DNA of 61,723 nucleotides, the filler included, from Jimgerdemannia flammicorona (lineage: Eukaryota), in assembly GCA_003990765.1 (NCBI GenBank). It is 3 parts of 3 records of this genome, joined end to end, with 100 filler letters (N's around TTAATTAATTAA, not from the genome) between each part and the next. Parts side by side here need not be neighbours in the genome. Positions count along the whole stretch, not along the records: positions 1 to 20,512 come from RBNJ01001666.1; positions 20,613 to 41,118 come from RBNJ01001667.1; 1 more part is not named here. One strand, 5' to 3'. The notes beneath the pieces are model-generated. The model was not told where the DNA came from. It saw only the letters and a program-made list of their open reading frames with translations, and did not search any database. This document shows, one piece after another, positions 13,501-26,331 of this stretch. Within the stretch, counting starts at the first letter, position 1, and the number at the start of each line of letters is the position of its first letter. The position numbers and the translations under genes were made by a program.

Positions 13501-16500
13501 GTCTTATAGGTGCAAAAGGGCCAGGAGCTGTCATAAGATACTGATGGTAATTGGGAGCTAAGGATGGGCTGGCCATATGCCCAGCCATCATTTGATACTA
13601 TATATGACTCAGGGCAGCTGTTGAAGGCCTATAAAAGAGTTAATGAGACTGGAGTTGATGTGAAGAGACTGAATAGCTGAGAGATACTACTTGATAGTAG
13701 TGGGTTGTAGGTACCATAAGGTGAGATGATAGACCCAATACATCAGACCAGCTCAGATGTAAGTAGAGTACTACCAGAACTGTAGTTACTATAGAGGGTG
13801 CAGAATTGGAGAAAGCTGTGTTATTCTAAAGAATATAAGTAATATGTAGATTTTGCCAGTCTGAACTACAGAAAGAAGGCAATGATGGGTGGAAGTATGG
13901 CATATAGATAATACCAATCATTATCAGTTATATCTGTATATAGTGGGCAAGGTAGTGGAAGTGAGAGAGGTCAGAGTGAGACAAAACATCAGTGATGCTA
14001 TTATCAGAGGTAGAGACATATATAGCACAAAGTTGGAAGGTATGCAATACTATAAGGAAATAAAGTTGATGAAGAAGCTTGAGTAGAAGAGGGTTGTATG
14101 TAGTGCCTGAGTTGATAATAGTAATGACTACTTAGTTATTTGCATGAAGAAGGATCTGGTGGAAAGTTCACTGAGTACCCCAAGTAGCAGCAGCCACCAC
14201 AATAGTGTAGAGCTCTTTGAATTGAATATTCTGTAGCATTAGAGTGGGGGGCTATGAGGCTAAGAACTACAATCCTTCACAATATACCCCAAAGCCTAAG
14301 TTACTACTGGCATCAGTCTATAGATAGACATTAGGTGAACTAGACCACTTAATCAGATGAATGACTGAAATGCTATTTCAAAGTAGTAGGAAAGCAAGCT
14401 ATCACTAAATGTTGGTGTAAAATGTATCAGATAAAGATATGTAGAAGTTAGAGTTGTCAGAGAGCAGATCAATAAAATACTGGAGAAAGGGCTATCCTGA
14501 TAGGATGATTTTACTGATGAAGGCCAAGGAGCCAATGAGGAATTGAAGTTGGGGGTCTCATACAAGATATCTACATAGACTACTGATGAAGAAGTGTTAT
14601 AATAGAATTGAGTTTATCTATAGGGAGATGAGCTTCCATCATGACTGAATTGAGTTTAATGCCTAATAAAACTAGAGATATCAACAGCCTCTCAACCTTC
14701 TACTCTTGAATAGACCAGCTGAGATCTCAGCTAAGGGACAGGAATGATTGGAGGTTGGTAGTAGATGCTGTCCCAATGATCAGCCCAGAGATCAGTAGAA
14801 AGTCATCTATATAATATATGAGAGTCTGGAGATCATGCCAAAGTACTATCTATATAAGGAGCTCAGCAAAGAAGTTAAAGAGAAATGACAAGGAAGACAT
14901 ACTAAAGAGAATAAAGTGGTCAAAATAGAACAGACTTAATCATTCAAAACCAAGTAGCTCTCAATCAGTGAGATGGATAAGTATGTAGCAATAGGCATCA
15001 GTGAGATCAATCTTTGATAGCAGATAACTTTGGCCAAACTGGCAGATTAGGGTCAATGTATCATTGAAATGAATGTAGAATAGCATAAAGATGTTATGAT
15101 CAATGCCTATATTCACCAATCTACTACTGTGGGGTCAGAACAGGTCATGAATACATCACTAAGCAGTGGCAGAGTTTTTCTTAGCCACTGTACTAAGGAG
15201 AAATGAGCAGAAGTTGGTGAATAGAGGGACTGAAAATAGACTGCAGATCTGACCTACTGTGAGCTCCCATGTGATGTCTGAGGCAATGGCATCTGGATGG
15301 TCTAGAGTAGAATAGTGGTTGTGAGCTAAGAGGTGGTACTGAGGGCTATCAAAACTAAGAAACACATCTTGAGTGATAGTAGCAATAGCAGACTGAAAGA
15401 CAGACTGATCAAGATAATGTTGGAGTTTACATATCTATATAGCAGAGTGGAGAGTAGTAGATAATAGTAGAAATCTTCATAGAATAGTCTGAGTGGCATT
15501 GTTAGGCAGAAGTATAATTAGTCATTAGAGAAACATATTGGGAGTAGGTGGAGGATCACAGGTGGGCAAGATGGGTGGAGAAATATAAATGAGTGAGGCA
15601 GGTGGAGGAATATAGGCAAGTGAGATAGAGATGAATTCCTAGGGTCAAAAAAGTGGATTCTATAAACAGCAAGACTATGAATGGTCTTTGCTATATCATA
15701 TACAGATATGAGCATAGAAATAGTTCTACTGACAGCCCAGATCCTTTGTGGAAAATCTATCACTAGTAATACTATTATAGGCATAGTATGTGGGATGACT
15801 TACCATACTATCTCTCATATGGGAGGTTGAGTCTTTGGTGGAATGAGAGGGCCATAAAGAACCATGAAGCCTAGATGGCTTGAGAGCAGTGATCAGCATT
15901 CAGGAGTATTAGTATAAACTAAGCACCATGAATAAATCAGGATCACAGCAAGCTCATAAGTAATACTAAGTTGGAGAGATACTGTCATTCATAATCTCTA
16001 CTAAGTGCTTAGTATGAAAGAAGATGTGATAGTTAAGAAGTACTAACCAGAAGAATGATGTGAAGAGTAGAATAAAGTCAGTAGTATAGGTGAAGAATAG
16101 AGTAGATTCAGTGAGCCCAGAATAAGTATCCTGAAGGATGCTGAAATAACTAAGAAGTGTGGTGAGAAATGTCAAAATGTCTGGGAGATCCTTAATGATA
16201 GATAGAGGCCTCTGCAGAATGACTCTTATACTAGAGTTGTCAATTGTTTCAACAAATTGAGTCTCAGGAGAAGAGCTGGAAGATATGACATTATACTTCA
16301 GAAACTAGTTAAGAGAAGTAGTGGAGAAAGAGTTGTTGATGACTGCTACCAAGAGGCATTGGTTGACATAAGTATACTTGAGCAAGAGGTTGATGCTGCA
16401 AATGATAGTGTAAGAGGTGGCAGCAATAGGGACAGTAGGTAGAGGAAAGAACTTACTCTGTAGATTACCAAGTAGGCCATGTGAGCTGGGGGGGTGGGGT

Positions 16501-19135
16501 AGAGGTAGGAATTACTATTGACAGAGAAGACACAGAGGTGATAGCCACTGATAGAGATATGGTGGTATGATCTACAAATAATTGATTTATAATGGGAATA
16601 GCAGGATTACTAGAAGAGCAGATCTCGATTATTAGAGTTGAGGCTAGAGTATCAATAATAGTTATAGCTAGACATATATGGAGTAGGTAGAGCAGCTCAT
16701 CAATGTGGTAGTTCTGAGCAGAAGTGTGTTCTTACAGCACAATAATGCTGATCTTGATGGAGCTGACAGAAGAGAGCAGCAGAGCTGCTAATATAGACTG
16801 CTCTAGAGTGGGAGACTGTGCTTGAACAGAGGCCTTAGATATCACACAGGTGGAGAGCTGCAAAGAGTATTGGGGAGAAGCAGAAGTTACTTCTTCTAGC
16901 AGATTTTCGAGATATAAAATCAAAGTGCCAATATTGGGATTATTATCATCATTGGGATCATCTTGTAAAAAGTAAAGTACATATTCAATAAAAGAGATAT
17001 TATAGTAGAATGAGCAGGATGCAGAACTGAGATTATGTTGCTCTTTGGATATGTTAGAGGAATTGTGTCAGCATAGAGAGCAGGAGTTGATGACAAGTAC
17101 CATTGAGGTAGAGTGTGTAGTAAATATAATATATTTAGAAAAAGTGAGTATAAATATACATAAAAGTGAATATATATTATAGCTTAAAGAGTAGTGTATA
17201 GTATATAGAGTACTGAATTAGATAGCATTAAGTGAAGAAGACTAAAAAAGGAAATGTATGCCCACTATGCAGCCTAAAACAGAAATAAGGCATACAGTGC
17301 TAAAGATCTAAGTGCTCAAGACATTTCTGTATTCATTAACCTATAGGCTCAAACAAGCCCCCTCATGGAATAGTTCTCTATATATGAGCCTTTCAAACAC
17401 CTTATACCTATCAAACTAGGAGATAATAATATTATCTACACTTAAGGAAAGGTAAATGTAGAGATACATCTCTACAGAAATATCATCAAGCCTGTTACTA
17501 CTCTTGGAAACATGCTATATACTCCAGAGATAGAAAAAAACCTCTTCTCTATAGGTAAGATGATGGCTTATAGCAATAAGGAGATATATATATATCTGAA
17601 AGGTACTACCATATATGATCTGTATGGCAACAATCACAATAAGATACTAATGATAGTTTTGAAATATAGCAATCTTTATATAATCAATAGAATACCAAAT
17701 AGTATGAAAGTCTTCATATATATGACAACTATGTCTGATATATCCAATATATGGTATCAATACTTAGGATATATTAGTAAGATGAGCCTTGAATATATAA
17801 TAAGAAGTAGCTCAGTGAGTGAATTGCTGGTATATATATATCTGAAGGATAACTTTTATAAGATATATATGAAAAACAAAGCTTTCTGGTAACTATTCAA
17901 AGAATAATTGAAGTATATCTTAGGAATCCTTGATCTCATTTACACCAATATATATAGTCTAATACATACCTTACTATATTCTGATAAGAGATATTTTCTA
18001 ATATTTATTAATGATCATATAAGGTATATGTATATTTTCTATTAGTGAAGAGTGAAGTCTTAGAGAAATTTAAAGAATTCAAAGCAATCACTGAGAATAA
18101 AACAGAATGTAAAATATATACTATATACTCAGATAATAGATATAAATATATCAACAATATATTCAGACAATTCTTGACAAAATATGGTATAAGCCATCAA
18201 ATGATAGCTCCTTATATATCTCAGCAGAATATTATAGCTAAGTAATTTAACTATATAGTTGTAAAAATAGTATATATATATAATAATCAATATAGCTAAA
18301 CTAGAATATTCCTATTGAGCTGAAGCTATTAACATAATGATATATATCTATAATTGATGTATATCTCAATTGCTAAGTAAGAAGTCTAATAATAACAAAT
18401 ACTCTAGAGATACTAATTATATCTCTGAGAAATTGTAGAGTAGAATGAAGCCCAATATATCACATCTATATATATTTGGATATGACACATATGTCCTTAA
18501 CAAAAGTAATGTTAATTGGCATAAATTCAAGCCAAAGGTAGTTAAGTATATACTCCTAAGATATAGCAAAAAATTGTATAAACTCTGAGATCTGTATATG
18601 AGATATGTATATGGAAATACCTGTAGAGTCCTCTATATCTATATTCCAGCCAGTACAATAACTAGTACTGCCAATATCTTCAATAATTCTAGTAGTTAAT
18701 TAAAACTATTTTCAACTACTATTTATATCTAAGCCAGAGTTATCTGAGCCAAGGATCACCAAGATCAAAGATGAAGATAATGATAGTGAATCCTCCATGA
18801 TGAGAGATTCTCTATCAAGAGTAAGGGTAAGCAAAAGCTAAAGCATAAGTTCAGGAATATGATGTATTCAGAATTAGGAAGTTACTGAGATATACCAGTA
18901 AGCTCTAGATAGCAGTAACATCAAGACCACATGAGTTATGCTGAAGCATATGAATATATATATATTATATCATCTTTCAGTAAGCCAAGCATATATAACA
19001 AGACTATACAATGTCCTGACAAAAGGAAATGGCAATATGTGATAGATGAGGAATACAATTCACTTATCAAAAATAGTATATGAGATCTAGTACCTCTTCT
19101 ACCAAACTGTTAAGCAATTGGATCTAAGTGGATAT
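10541..19135 (+). mobile_element. Decayed Ty1/Copia LTR retrotransposon, interrupted by the Ngaro element and truncated by a Gypsy LTR
   Basis: TGTTGG...ACA LTR (about 10541-10668) followed by GGTTATGAG PBS; gag remnant; LIDSGATQ protease; integrase remnants (KSEVLEKFKEFKA, YSDN..Y, APYISQQN); RT start CKAIGSKWI. Confidence 0.88.
12120..17367 (-). mobile_element. Ngaro/PAT-type tyrosine-recombinase retrotransposon (decayed)
   Basis: Split direct repeats: A at 17136-17367 and 12279-12511, B at 12514-12652 and 12120-12248; YR motif LNPTLYASHSFHISA...IQILGC*SS..F*GYI near 13000-13120; RT/RNaseH-type LQFLIGSLAFISKII near 14500; inserted in the Copia protease region. Confidence 0.85.
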
Positions 19136-20259
19136 TGTAATAGTGACTCCAGAATGATGATATCTACACAGGAGACAGTCTTTCCTTGTAAGCCACCAGA
19201 TCAGAGCATAAGAAGATTATACAGCATATGAGATGAGCAATGATGACCAACTGTGAGTCATTGTGACCACAGTACAAGCATCTTGAGGAATATAAAAGAA
19301 GGATCAAGGAACCACAGTAGCAGCAACCAATAAGACCCACCAATCCCAAAATAGCCCAAAGACTTACCACAAATGAAATACCTGCTGCCCACCAAACCTC
19401 AAGATCAAGGAACTACCAAGACACCTCAGTTGAAGAAAGGATATTCCAAGACATCAGAAGAGCCATGGGGACTCACTCGAGAAGGACTCCTAGTATCAAC
19501 CTGGGTACAGCAGATCTCTATCACTTCATCCTCTACTACTGTGAAATGGAAACAAGGATCACCATTGCTACTGAATGCCTCCAAATGTAGCAGGAGTACG
19601 AAATAGGAAACCTCCTCTGCTGGGAGTTCCTACAGGCCAGCCCTCAAGAGCTACAAGATACCATTTCCATGGATATACATGAGGCAAGGATAGCTAAGAA
19701 GATCCATCAGATCTTCAAACATATACCATGGTCAATCCCCAACTTGGAGTATGTTAGAGTCTCAGATTTCAGAGACCTGTCATCCTGCTGCATCAATATA
19801 CTAGAAGCCAGGGTGGCTACAGAAGCCCAGTCCACTATCACTCTCAATAGTGATGAAGTAGAAGACTTCTGGCACCCCATCCTCCAAGACAACCCAGACC
19901 AATTCCTGCAAGGATTGATCTCAGTATTCCAAGGCCCAAGCATCCAGGTTAGATCTCTCCAAGACCCCACATTTGTCCCCTATTTTGTGGAAGAGAACCT
20001 CATAGACTGGAGAGCTCTAGATCTTGTTCTCAATTTCTCTGCTGCCAAATGTAATGACATCATCAGTGATAACATCATCCCATGCAACATCAAAGCATGT
20101 GAAATGCATAATATATGCGAGATGTGCTACCTGCAAAATGATGAATTCACAGATCTCATCTTCAGTGATGATGATGATGAAGCCCCCATAATCCTGAACT
20201 TTCTGCTCTAAGTTCTTTGTTATACTGAATAATGCCAGTACCAGTATTTTGACATAACC
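19136..20259 (+). mobile_element. Long (about 1.1 kb) Gypsy LTR, same family as 41236-51864
   Basis: Starts TGTAATAGTGACTCCAGAATG; reverse complement matches 41236-42321 and 50144-51864; contains ORF 19669-20211. Confidence 0.9.
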
Positions 20260-20265
20260 ATTTGC

Positions 20266-20512
20266 ACATCCCTCTTTCTAGTACCATTCAGGTTACACAA
20301 CCTTTGGAAGGCACTTTCGACATTGTTTTCAGCAAAAAGAGACTAACAACATAGCAACCGACAGGCAACCTGAGGTGCATACTGGGCAGGGCGGCCCAAG
20401 CACTTTCGACTGGCAGCAGGTGGGGAGGGGTCCAGGCCTGGGGGGAGGTATGAGGGGCCTGCTGGCGGGTGGACATGGAAGGGGTAGAGGAGGTGGTGGA
20501 GGATCAGGATCT
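20266..20512 (+). mobile_element. LINE 5' end and ORF1 start, cut by gap
   Basis: ACATCCC...CATTCAGGTTACACAACC start shared with the copies at 26332 and 53034. Confidence 0.85.
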
Positions 20513-20612
20513 NNNNNNNNNNNNNNNNNNNNNNNNNNNNNNNNNNNNNNNNNNNNTTAATTAATTAANNNNNNNNNNNNNNNNNNNNNNNNNNNNNNNN
20601 NNNNNNNNNNNN
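20513..20612. other. Assembly gap with artificial six-frame stop spacer
   Basis: 100 positions of N with TTAATTAATTAA at 20557-20568. Confidence 0.97.
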
Positions 20613-22811
20613 TACTCCTTCCCTATGAAAGACTACCTTGTCTAATACCATTTCCACCCTCCCTCCACTCTGCTCACAAATCCTTACCACCAAACTGCAA
20701 CAGCGTCCACCCTGAGGACCCCAGCCCACCCACCATCCAGTTAAAAGATCTCCCAACAGCTCCTCCCACCGTAATACCTTCTCCCAGCACCCCACCTACT
20801 GCCCCTCCTCAAATACAAAAAGCCAATGGCCCACCATCCCCACCCACATTGCCAACACCCACCCTACAGTAATCCAACTATTGCCCACCCCCCCCACAAG
20901 CCGAGATCTCAAGTCCTCCCAGCGGCCTCCCACACCCACCGGCCTCCACTCCACACCCAGTCTATCTCCTATTTCTACCCAAAAGTCCCCCAATACCTCA
21001 CACTCCCCCAGCCAATGTTCTGGCATCTGCACAAATCCCCCAGCTTGCCCTACATTGTAATACTCCTCACAATCAAAATGGCCACCATCCACCAGATGCC
21101 CAGTGTGAAAATTCAGCATGACATTCCTCCACAGCATTCGCCACCACACCACCCAGTACTTGGGAGGAAGCCATCTCTGCACCTCAGCACTCCAAGACCA
21201 GATACCCACCCAGTCCCACTCCTTGCTGATCCCTGCCCCCTGCCAGCCACTTGGCCTAAGATCCTGGCCAAGACCCTGCTGATACTCCACCCCATCTCCA
21301 AGATTAAATGTTTCAATTGGAGCACTCCCCAGCAGCAGTCCATCCCAATACCACATATCTGGCCCCCACACTCCCTCCCCCTCATTGCCTTGTCAGCGCA
21401 GACCAATCCGGTGGGCACCATCTACCACCCCCCACCAAAAGCCCTTAAACTGTAGCCTCCTACTCCCATTCAGCCCTACCAGAGCGAGCAGATCTCCGGA
21501 GGACCCTTGAGGGGAGGTCCTCATCTCCCACACCTTCTGCAGCAGTAGCACCCAACTCCCACTCTGCAGTTCAGCAGCTCTTTTCAACCACCAAGCACAC
21601 AAGCAGTGCAACCTCTTAGGGAAATCTATAAGGCCAAGACCCCCCCTGACCACCGGTGTTACAAGAGTATCCCAACCAATCTGGGACCTCCTCCCTGCCC
21701 AAATCCAATCTCTTGCCATCTTCGTCAGCCTCCTCACCACCCAAGCTGGGAAGTCCAGGTGATAGGTCACATACCACAGCTTGGGGAACCAGTACACATT
21801 CAGAATCGACACCCTCCCTGCCAGAGAGATATGGTGGCCTCCCCAGCCATGAAGGGCCTCCCCCCAAATGGTCACCCTGCTCTCCCACCACCCTCATGGC
21901 AAGACAGAACCATATACAGAAAGGAAGATGCCCAGGTATCTCACCACCTCACCTGTGGGAACAATTGTTCCAATGACATCCCCACCCACTAGCCCATTTC
22001 CAAGCACCATTGTCTCACACTTATACCAGTTGAGCTTCGCCCCTGAGTACACCTCATACCATTCCACTGTCTCCTTGAGAGCCTCGACATCCGCCACAGA
22101 CCCAAGTCCGACCACCATATCATCAGCAAAGGCCCCCACCTTCTACACTATACTATATATAGAGAGCCCTGCTATCTTCTGGTGAATCCTATCCATCAGT
22201 GGCTCTAACAAAAGGGCATAGAGAATAGGGGACAGAGGGTCCCCCTGAGGAACTCCTCTATCTAAGGGGAACACCAGACTTCGGTGACCATTACACATCA
22301 GCGCCGCTCGACTACTCTCCAGCAGACTCAACATAGAAGTCTGAAATCCTGGTGGAACACCAATTCGGTCCAACACCTTGCCCAGCCAAACCCATCATAC
22401 TCGGTCATAGGCCTTCTCCTGGTCCAAAAAGACCAACCTTCCATCCAGACCACAAGCTCAGGCCCCTTCAATGACACCATGCACCCATGCAGTCCCATCC
22501 CTTATAAGTCTGCCTCCAACAAAGCCTCGCTGCTCCTCCCCCAGCACCTATTGGGCAACTTTCTGCAGTCTTGCGATGATCACCTTAGTTACCATCTTCC
22601 TGTCCATATCCAGCAGTATGATTGGTCTCCAATTTTTCCAATCTTCCCTCCTCCTCTTGTCTTTGTACAATAAGGCCACCAGTCCGAGGTCCTGCTCTCC
22701 AACCTACTCACCACTCTGAAGGACATGGTCACAGAGAGCAGCCATCTCACCCAAAACGCCCGGGACCTTCACCATCTTCTTCCAGAAGTCCCATAGCAAC
22801 CCATCCTCCCC
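20613..22811 (-). mobile_element. LINE ORF2 3' half (RT and C-terminus), minus strand
   Basis: RGVPQGDPLSPILYAL, GAFADDMVV, SGAKLNW, SLAGRVSILN, GGLGL, FDCEE..PEHWLGEC. Confidence 0.93.
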
Positions 22812-23114
22812 TGTCTCAGTGGTTATGTTTGTGTATTTGGAAGTTGTGGTTGTTGTTTGTTTTGGTTCTCTGATTCAACACGTCTCGGTGCTCAGTATAT
22901 ATGCATTTGGTCCTGATTGGTAAGATTCTGTTTGTGTAAATCTTGTGTTCTGTGACTTCATATTGACTCAGCTTTGTGCGCTGTGACTTCAGTTTGACTC
23001 AGCTTTGTGATCAAGCAGGTGATTTCCAGATTTGTTCAGAGGTCGCATGTGATTTCAGTGGCTTGTTCAGAGGGTGACATATAATTTCAGTGGCTTGGAG
23101 GTTGTGTGCTTACA
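22812..23114 (-). mobile_element. About 300-bp LTR (second LTR family)
   Basis: TG...CA termini; reverse complement matches 40746-41055. Confidence 0.8.
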
Positions 23115-23439
23115 ATACTGCTCTCTAAATAGTTACTCTAAGGTCTGTATATATATTATTACTACTTGGTTAAAAATTCCCTTAACTGGTTTTCTAAGTT
23201 AGACTTTAAAGATGATAATTTTTCTCTGTTTAGAGAGATTCTTTAGAACTACTATTTCTTCAATCTTATTAAGAAATTCTCTTGGGTCTTCTTCTGGATA
23301 TTGTGCAAAAGTTAGTATTAGAGTGATTATTTTGTCATCAGTGTCTTCTAGTTCTAATTTTAGTTCTAATTTACTTTCAGAGTTATTACTGAAGCTTGAG
23401 ATACTTGGATATCCTGAAGTTGGAATTATTGGTCTTGAG

Positions 23440-23729
23440 TAGTACTCCTAAATGAATCAAATTCATTTGAATTGAATTGAATTAAGTGTCATTCAAATTA
23501 AATTGAGGATCTGATTCAAACTCTATTTTTAGAAATATAATAACTTGATAAAAATATATCTAAATTTAACCCTCTTTAGCTTTTTAAATTTGCTCTATAT
23601 AGGGAAATCTAATAAGCTAAAAATTATTAAATTTAGACATATATTTATTAAGTTATTTTATTTTGAAGTATTTAATTTAATTCAAATCAAATCAAATTAG
23701 ACCTTTAATTCAATTTATTGAAAGTACTA
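23440..23729. mobile_element. hAT-type MITE
   Basis: TAGTACT...AGTACTA ends; 8-bp TSD GTCTTGAG/GTCTAGAG; internal inverted repeat. Confidence 0.85.
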
Positions 23730-24489
23730 GTCTAGAGTGAGATATAGTATGAGTATTCTTAAAGAGGCTATCTCTGATCCTTCTGATACTGTAGTTGCTA
23801 GTTCTGGTAGTAGTTTAATAGAGAAGACTAGTGGAGCTTCTAAGGGAAACTGAGTTTATATAATGAGATTTTCTAATTCTTATACATATAAGCTTATTAA
23901 TGCTCCTTTCTCTACTATTATATCAGTTATAAGATTTTGGTAAGTAATCTTCTAAGTTCTTTTTTTTATAACTTATATACTCTCTATCTTAGGTTGGTTT
24001 ATTATATCTATTGCAGAGTAGTAGAAAAGAGACAATTGTAATAAGTTATATCTTTATTAGTATCAGATTAGTGTTTTCTCTACTTTTTTACTTTCTGATA
24101 CCTTCTACTATATCTGAGATATACTCATCTTAGTATATTATAAACTATATAGAGAGTTAGCTAATCTTGAATATCAAGTATTAGTATAGATTATCTGTAG
24201 GTCTCTATTATCTATAGTAGAGCTTTCTGAGCTTTGGCCAGTTTTTCAGCAAGTATAGTTCTATATAGATAACTATTTTTAGATAGAGTTGAGATAGGAG
24301 AGGAGATGATCATTATAGATAGAAGAAAGAGTAATTATAATAGACCAGTTGGGTATCAGACTGGTGATAGTTATTGGGACTAAGGCAGATACCATATCAG
24401 TGGGGGCCTTCTGATTGATATAAGATAGTTAGATAGTAGATATTACTCTTGACAGCTCTTGATAATATATAGTATTGGGCTCTAGTTAT

Positions 24490-25042
24490 TTGAAGGTTGT
24501 TAAGGAATCTGAGACTATCTAGATCAGATATCTTAGCTATACTTAACTGGAACTAAAAACTGATATAGTAATATAATTAAGATCTATAGGCTTAAGTAGT
24601 GGGATATTGGGAGTCTTTTCTTACCTTACATATAAGTCCTCTACTCATCTCATTAAAGAGAACTAAACTTTATCTATTATTCTATATTTTTTGAGAGATT
24701 CTTCTTTATCTGTTACTCTATTTGGAATAGTAGAGGCTATTTTATTTAGCTCAGATATAGTCTTATATATATATTGGAGTTTCAGATATATATCTTTGAT
24801 TATTAATATATAGTTGCTTTTCTCTTAATAATAGAGAGAGTATGATATATAGAATGAGATATAGGCTAACATAAGTTCTACTATATCTGATACATATAGT
24901 TAAGTTACTAGATAATAGCTAGTCGCGATTTAATAGAAGTATAGTATTCAATATAGAGATAAGAGAGGGGTTTGGTCTATATAGTCTAGGTTTTTTTTCT
25001 AATAAAAATCTACAGAACTTAAGTCTATTAAAAAAAAAAAAA
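24490..25042. repeat. Dispersed about 550-bp repeat, copy 1 (others at about 34320-34841 and 61190-61723)
   Basis: Shared GACTATCTAGATCAGATATC...ACTRGAAGCTGATATAGTAA...AATAAAAATCT block; two copies end in an A-run. Confidence 0.8.
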
Positions 25043-26331
25043 ACAAGCTTAATAAAGTTTTTGGTAGAGTTATTTGTATTATCTAATTGATTTGATTAAA
25101 TCAGATCTCCTAGTGATATATAAGTCTTTTAGTACTGATTGAGAATTCTATACTATACTAGCTTTTGATTAAGATTCTTCTAATACTAGATAATTGATAA
25201 GTATTAAGGTAATTACTTTTCTTTTTATTTAAATACTAGTAATAACTTTTCTTTTATAGTAGTAGAGATTAGTATTGTATTAAATATATTCAGTTTGGCT
25301 ATTAGATTCTTGTAAACTGAAAAGTTATATAGATTTAAAGAAAATCTTCCCAGTTGATCTCCCAAATATAATATACTAGCTCAATAGAGATAAATTACAA
25401 GATTGGAGATATTATATAGTTTGGTTTGAGCCCTTAGTTATTTTGTCAAAAAGCAACAAAATATTTAATAGTTTCTGATATCCTTATAGATATTTAGTAG
25501 TATAATAGACAAATCTAGATACTGCAGTTAATTTAGATAGAGAATGGTTCTTTGATATATAGATAATTTATATAGTATAGATAGTTCATATAAATAAATG
25601 AGTTTTCTTATATAATTTCTATATAATGATCTCTATAAGTAGATTTTTTTATATATGTGATTTCTGTATAATAATCTTAGAATTTGACAGAATTTCTTAA
25701 TAAGTAGCAAGTTGGCAAATTTGATAGAAAACTCAGATAATATAGATTACTTAAAAATAGTAGATAGTATAGATTCTTTCTAAATTAGTAAATTATTTAA
25801 AAATAATTTAAATAGTGTAGATTTTTCTTAAACCAGCAGACTTCTCAGGTAAGCTTCTCTTGAGTAAAGTTATATTAAAAACTAGCTTTATTTATATAAA
25901 TATAAGTTTACTATAAAGTTATATTAAAATAGACTAGCTTTATAGCAATATAGCAGACTTCTCTTTAAATAGTAGCTCTTTTTTAAGTGGTTAGTTTCTC
26001 AAATAGTGGTAAAGTTCTTCACTCAAACTTGGTAGCAAATCTCAAGCTTTGTATTAAAAAGTAAACTAGAGTAAAAATAGAGTAAAGTTTTATAACTTCT
26101 TAATAGTAGCTTATTGACAGATTTCTCCTTCTAAGTATATAAGACAATTGGCTTTTGCTTTTGATTTTCAGACTGAGGTTTATTCACTCTTATCTCTGGG
26201 ATATTTTATACAGTTATGGTTGCTATCTGATTACTACATAGCTAACTATAGATTGCTATTTCTAGCTATTCCTATTGGAGATATAAATCTCAAATTCTGG
26301 TATAATGTTTAGCTAGAAACACTAATCTCAA

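Larger units (their letters stand above)
23115..26314 (-). mobile_element. Heavily decayed LTR-retroelement sequence (gag-like remnant); continues at about 31918-32179 after LINE B
   Basis: Minus-strand LTFAQYPEEDPREFLNKIEEIV gag-like motif near 23250-23320; extreme TpA enrichment. Confidence 0.55.

Noticed and set aside
20557..20568. TTAATTAATTAA palindrome (also 41163-41174)
   Set aside because: Artificial spacer inside N padding; adjacency across these gaps should not be trusted
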